Below are positions 63,909 through 64,000 of a DNA stretch of 64,000 nucleotides, in pieces. The notes under the pieces are model-generated. The model worked only from the letters and a program-made list of their open reading frames with translations, did not search any database and had not been told where the DNA came from. A program made the position numbers and the translations under genes. How positions within the stretch are numbered: position 1 is the first letter of the stretch; each line of letters starts with the position of its first letter. Origin of the DNA: Ranitomeya imitator (Eukaryota); assembly GCF_032444005.1 (NCBI RefSeq), contig NC_091288.1, forward strand, positions 40,920,001 through 40,984,000. The letters are read 5' to 3'.

Positions 63909-63952
63909 TTTGCAGACACGTGTTTCGGGGTATTGCCCCTCCTGAGTGCAAA
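63909..63952 (-). ncRNA. Minimal type-I hammerhead ribozyme motif with one core substitution (Penelope-type)
   Basis: TTTGCA CTCAGGA GGGG-CAATA-CCCC GAAA C-ACGT-GTC TGCAAA: 6-bp stem I, 4-bp stem II, palindromic stem III and GUC cleavage triplet. Only G5 is replaced by C. Confidence 0.7.
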
Positions 63953-64000
63953 GCATCAGATCTGATTTGGCTGTATGAGAGGTCTCTGATTGGGTGTTTA

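Noticed and set aside
57842-64000. Search for UBR3 exon 3
   Set aside because: No segment resembling the expected sequence was found; it probably lies beyond the window.

Overview
Vertebrate genomic DNA, most likely a frog (inferred from the repeat families and gene sequences). It carries the conserved KLHL23 - SSB - METTL5 - UBR3 synteny block. The window holds the last two coding exons of KLHL23 (+) and the complete SSB/La gene (+, 11 coding exons, 407 aa). It also holds complete METTL5 (-, 7 coding exons, 208 aa) and the first two coding exons of UBR3 (+). The last coding exon of METTL5 lies antisense inside the SSB 3'UTR. METTL5 and UBR3 share a divergent CpG-island promoter with a perfect TCTCGCGAGA element. 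That promoter is bracketed by two large GC-rich tandem arrays: about 2.9 kb of a 22-mer and about 4.1 kb of a 31-mer resembling a ZNF143/THAP11 site. Introns are dense with mobile DNA: an intact DD34E Tc1 transposon, a second Tc1 with a single nonsense codon, a degenerate DIRS retrotransposon with nested insertions, L2/CR1/RTE fragments, a tRNA-SINE, many PIF/Harbinger- and hAT-type MITEs, a 1.8-kb palindrome, and two mutated hammerhead-ribozyme motifs. I found no evidence for a wholly new gene system; the most interesting observations are regulatory or structural, and TE-related. All calls were made by eye and family names come from recalled motifs, not database searches.
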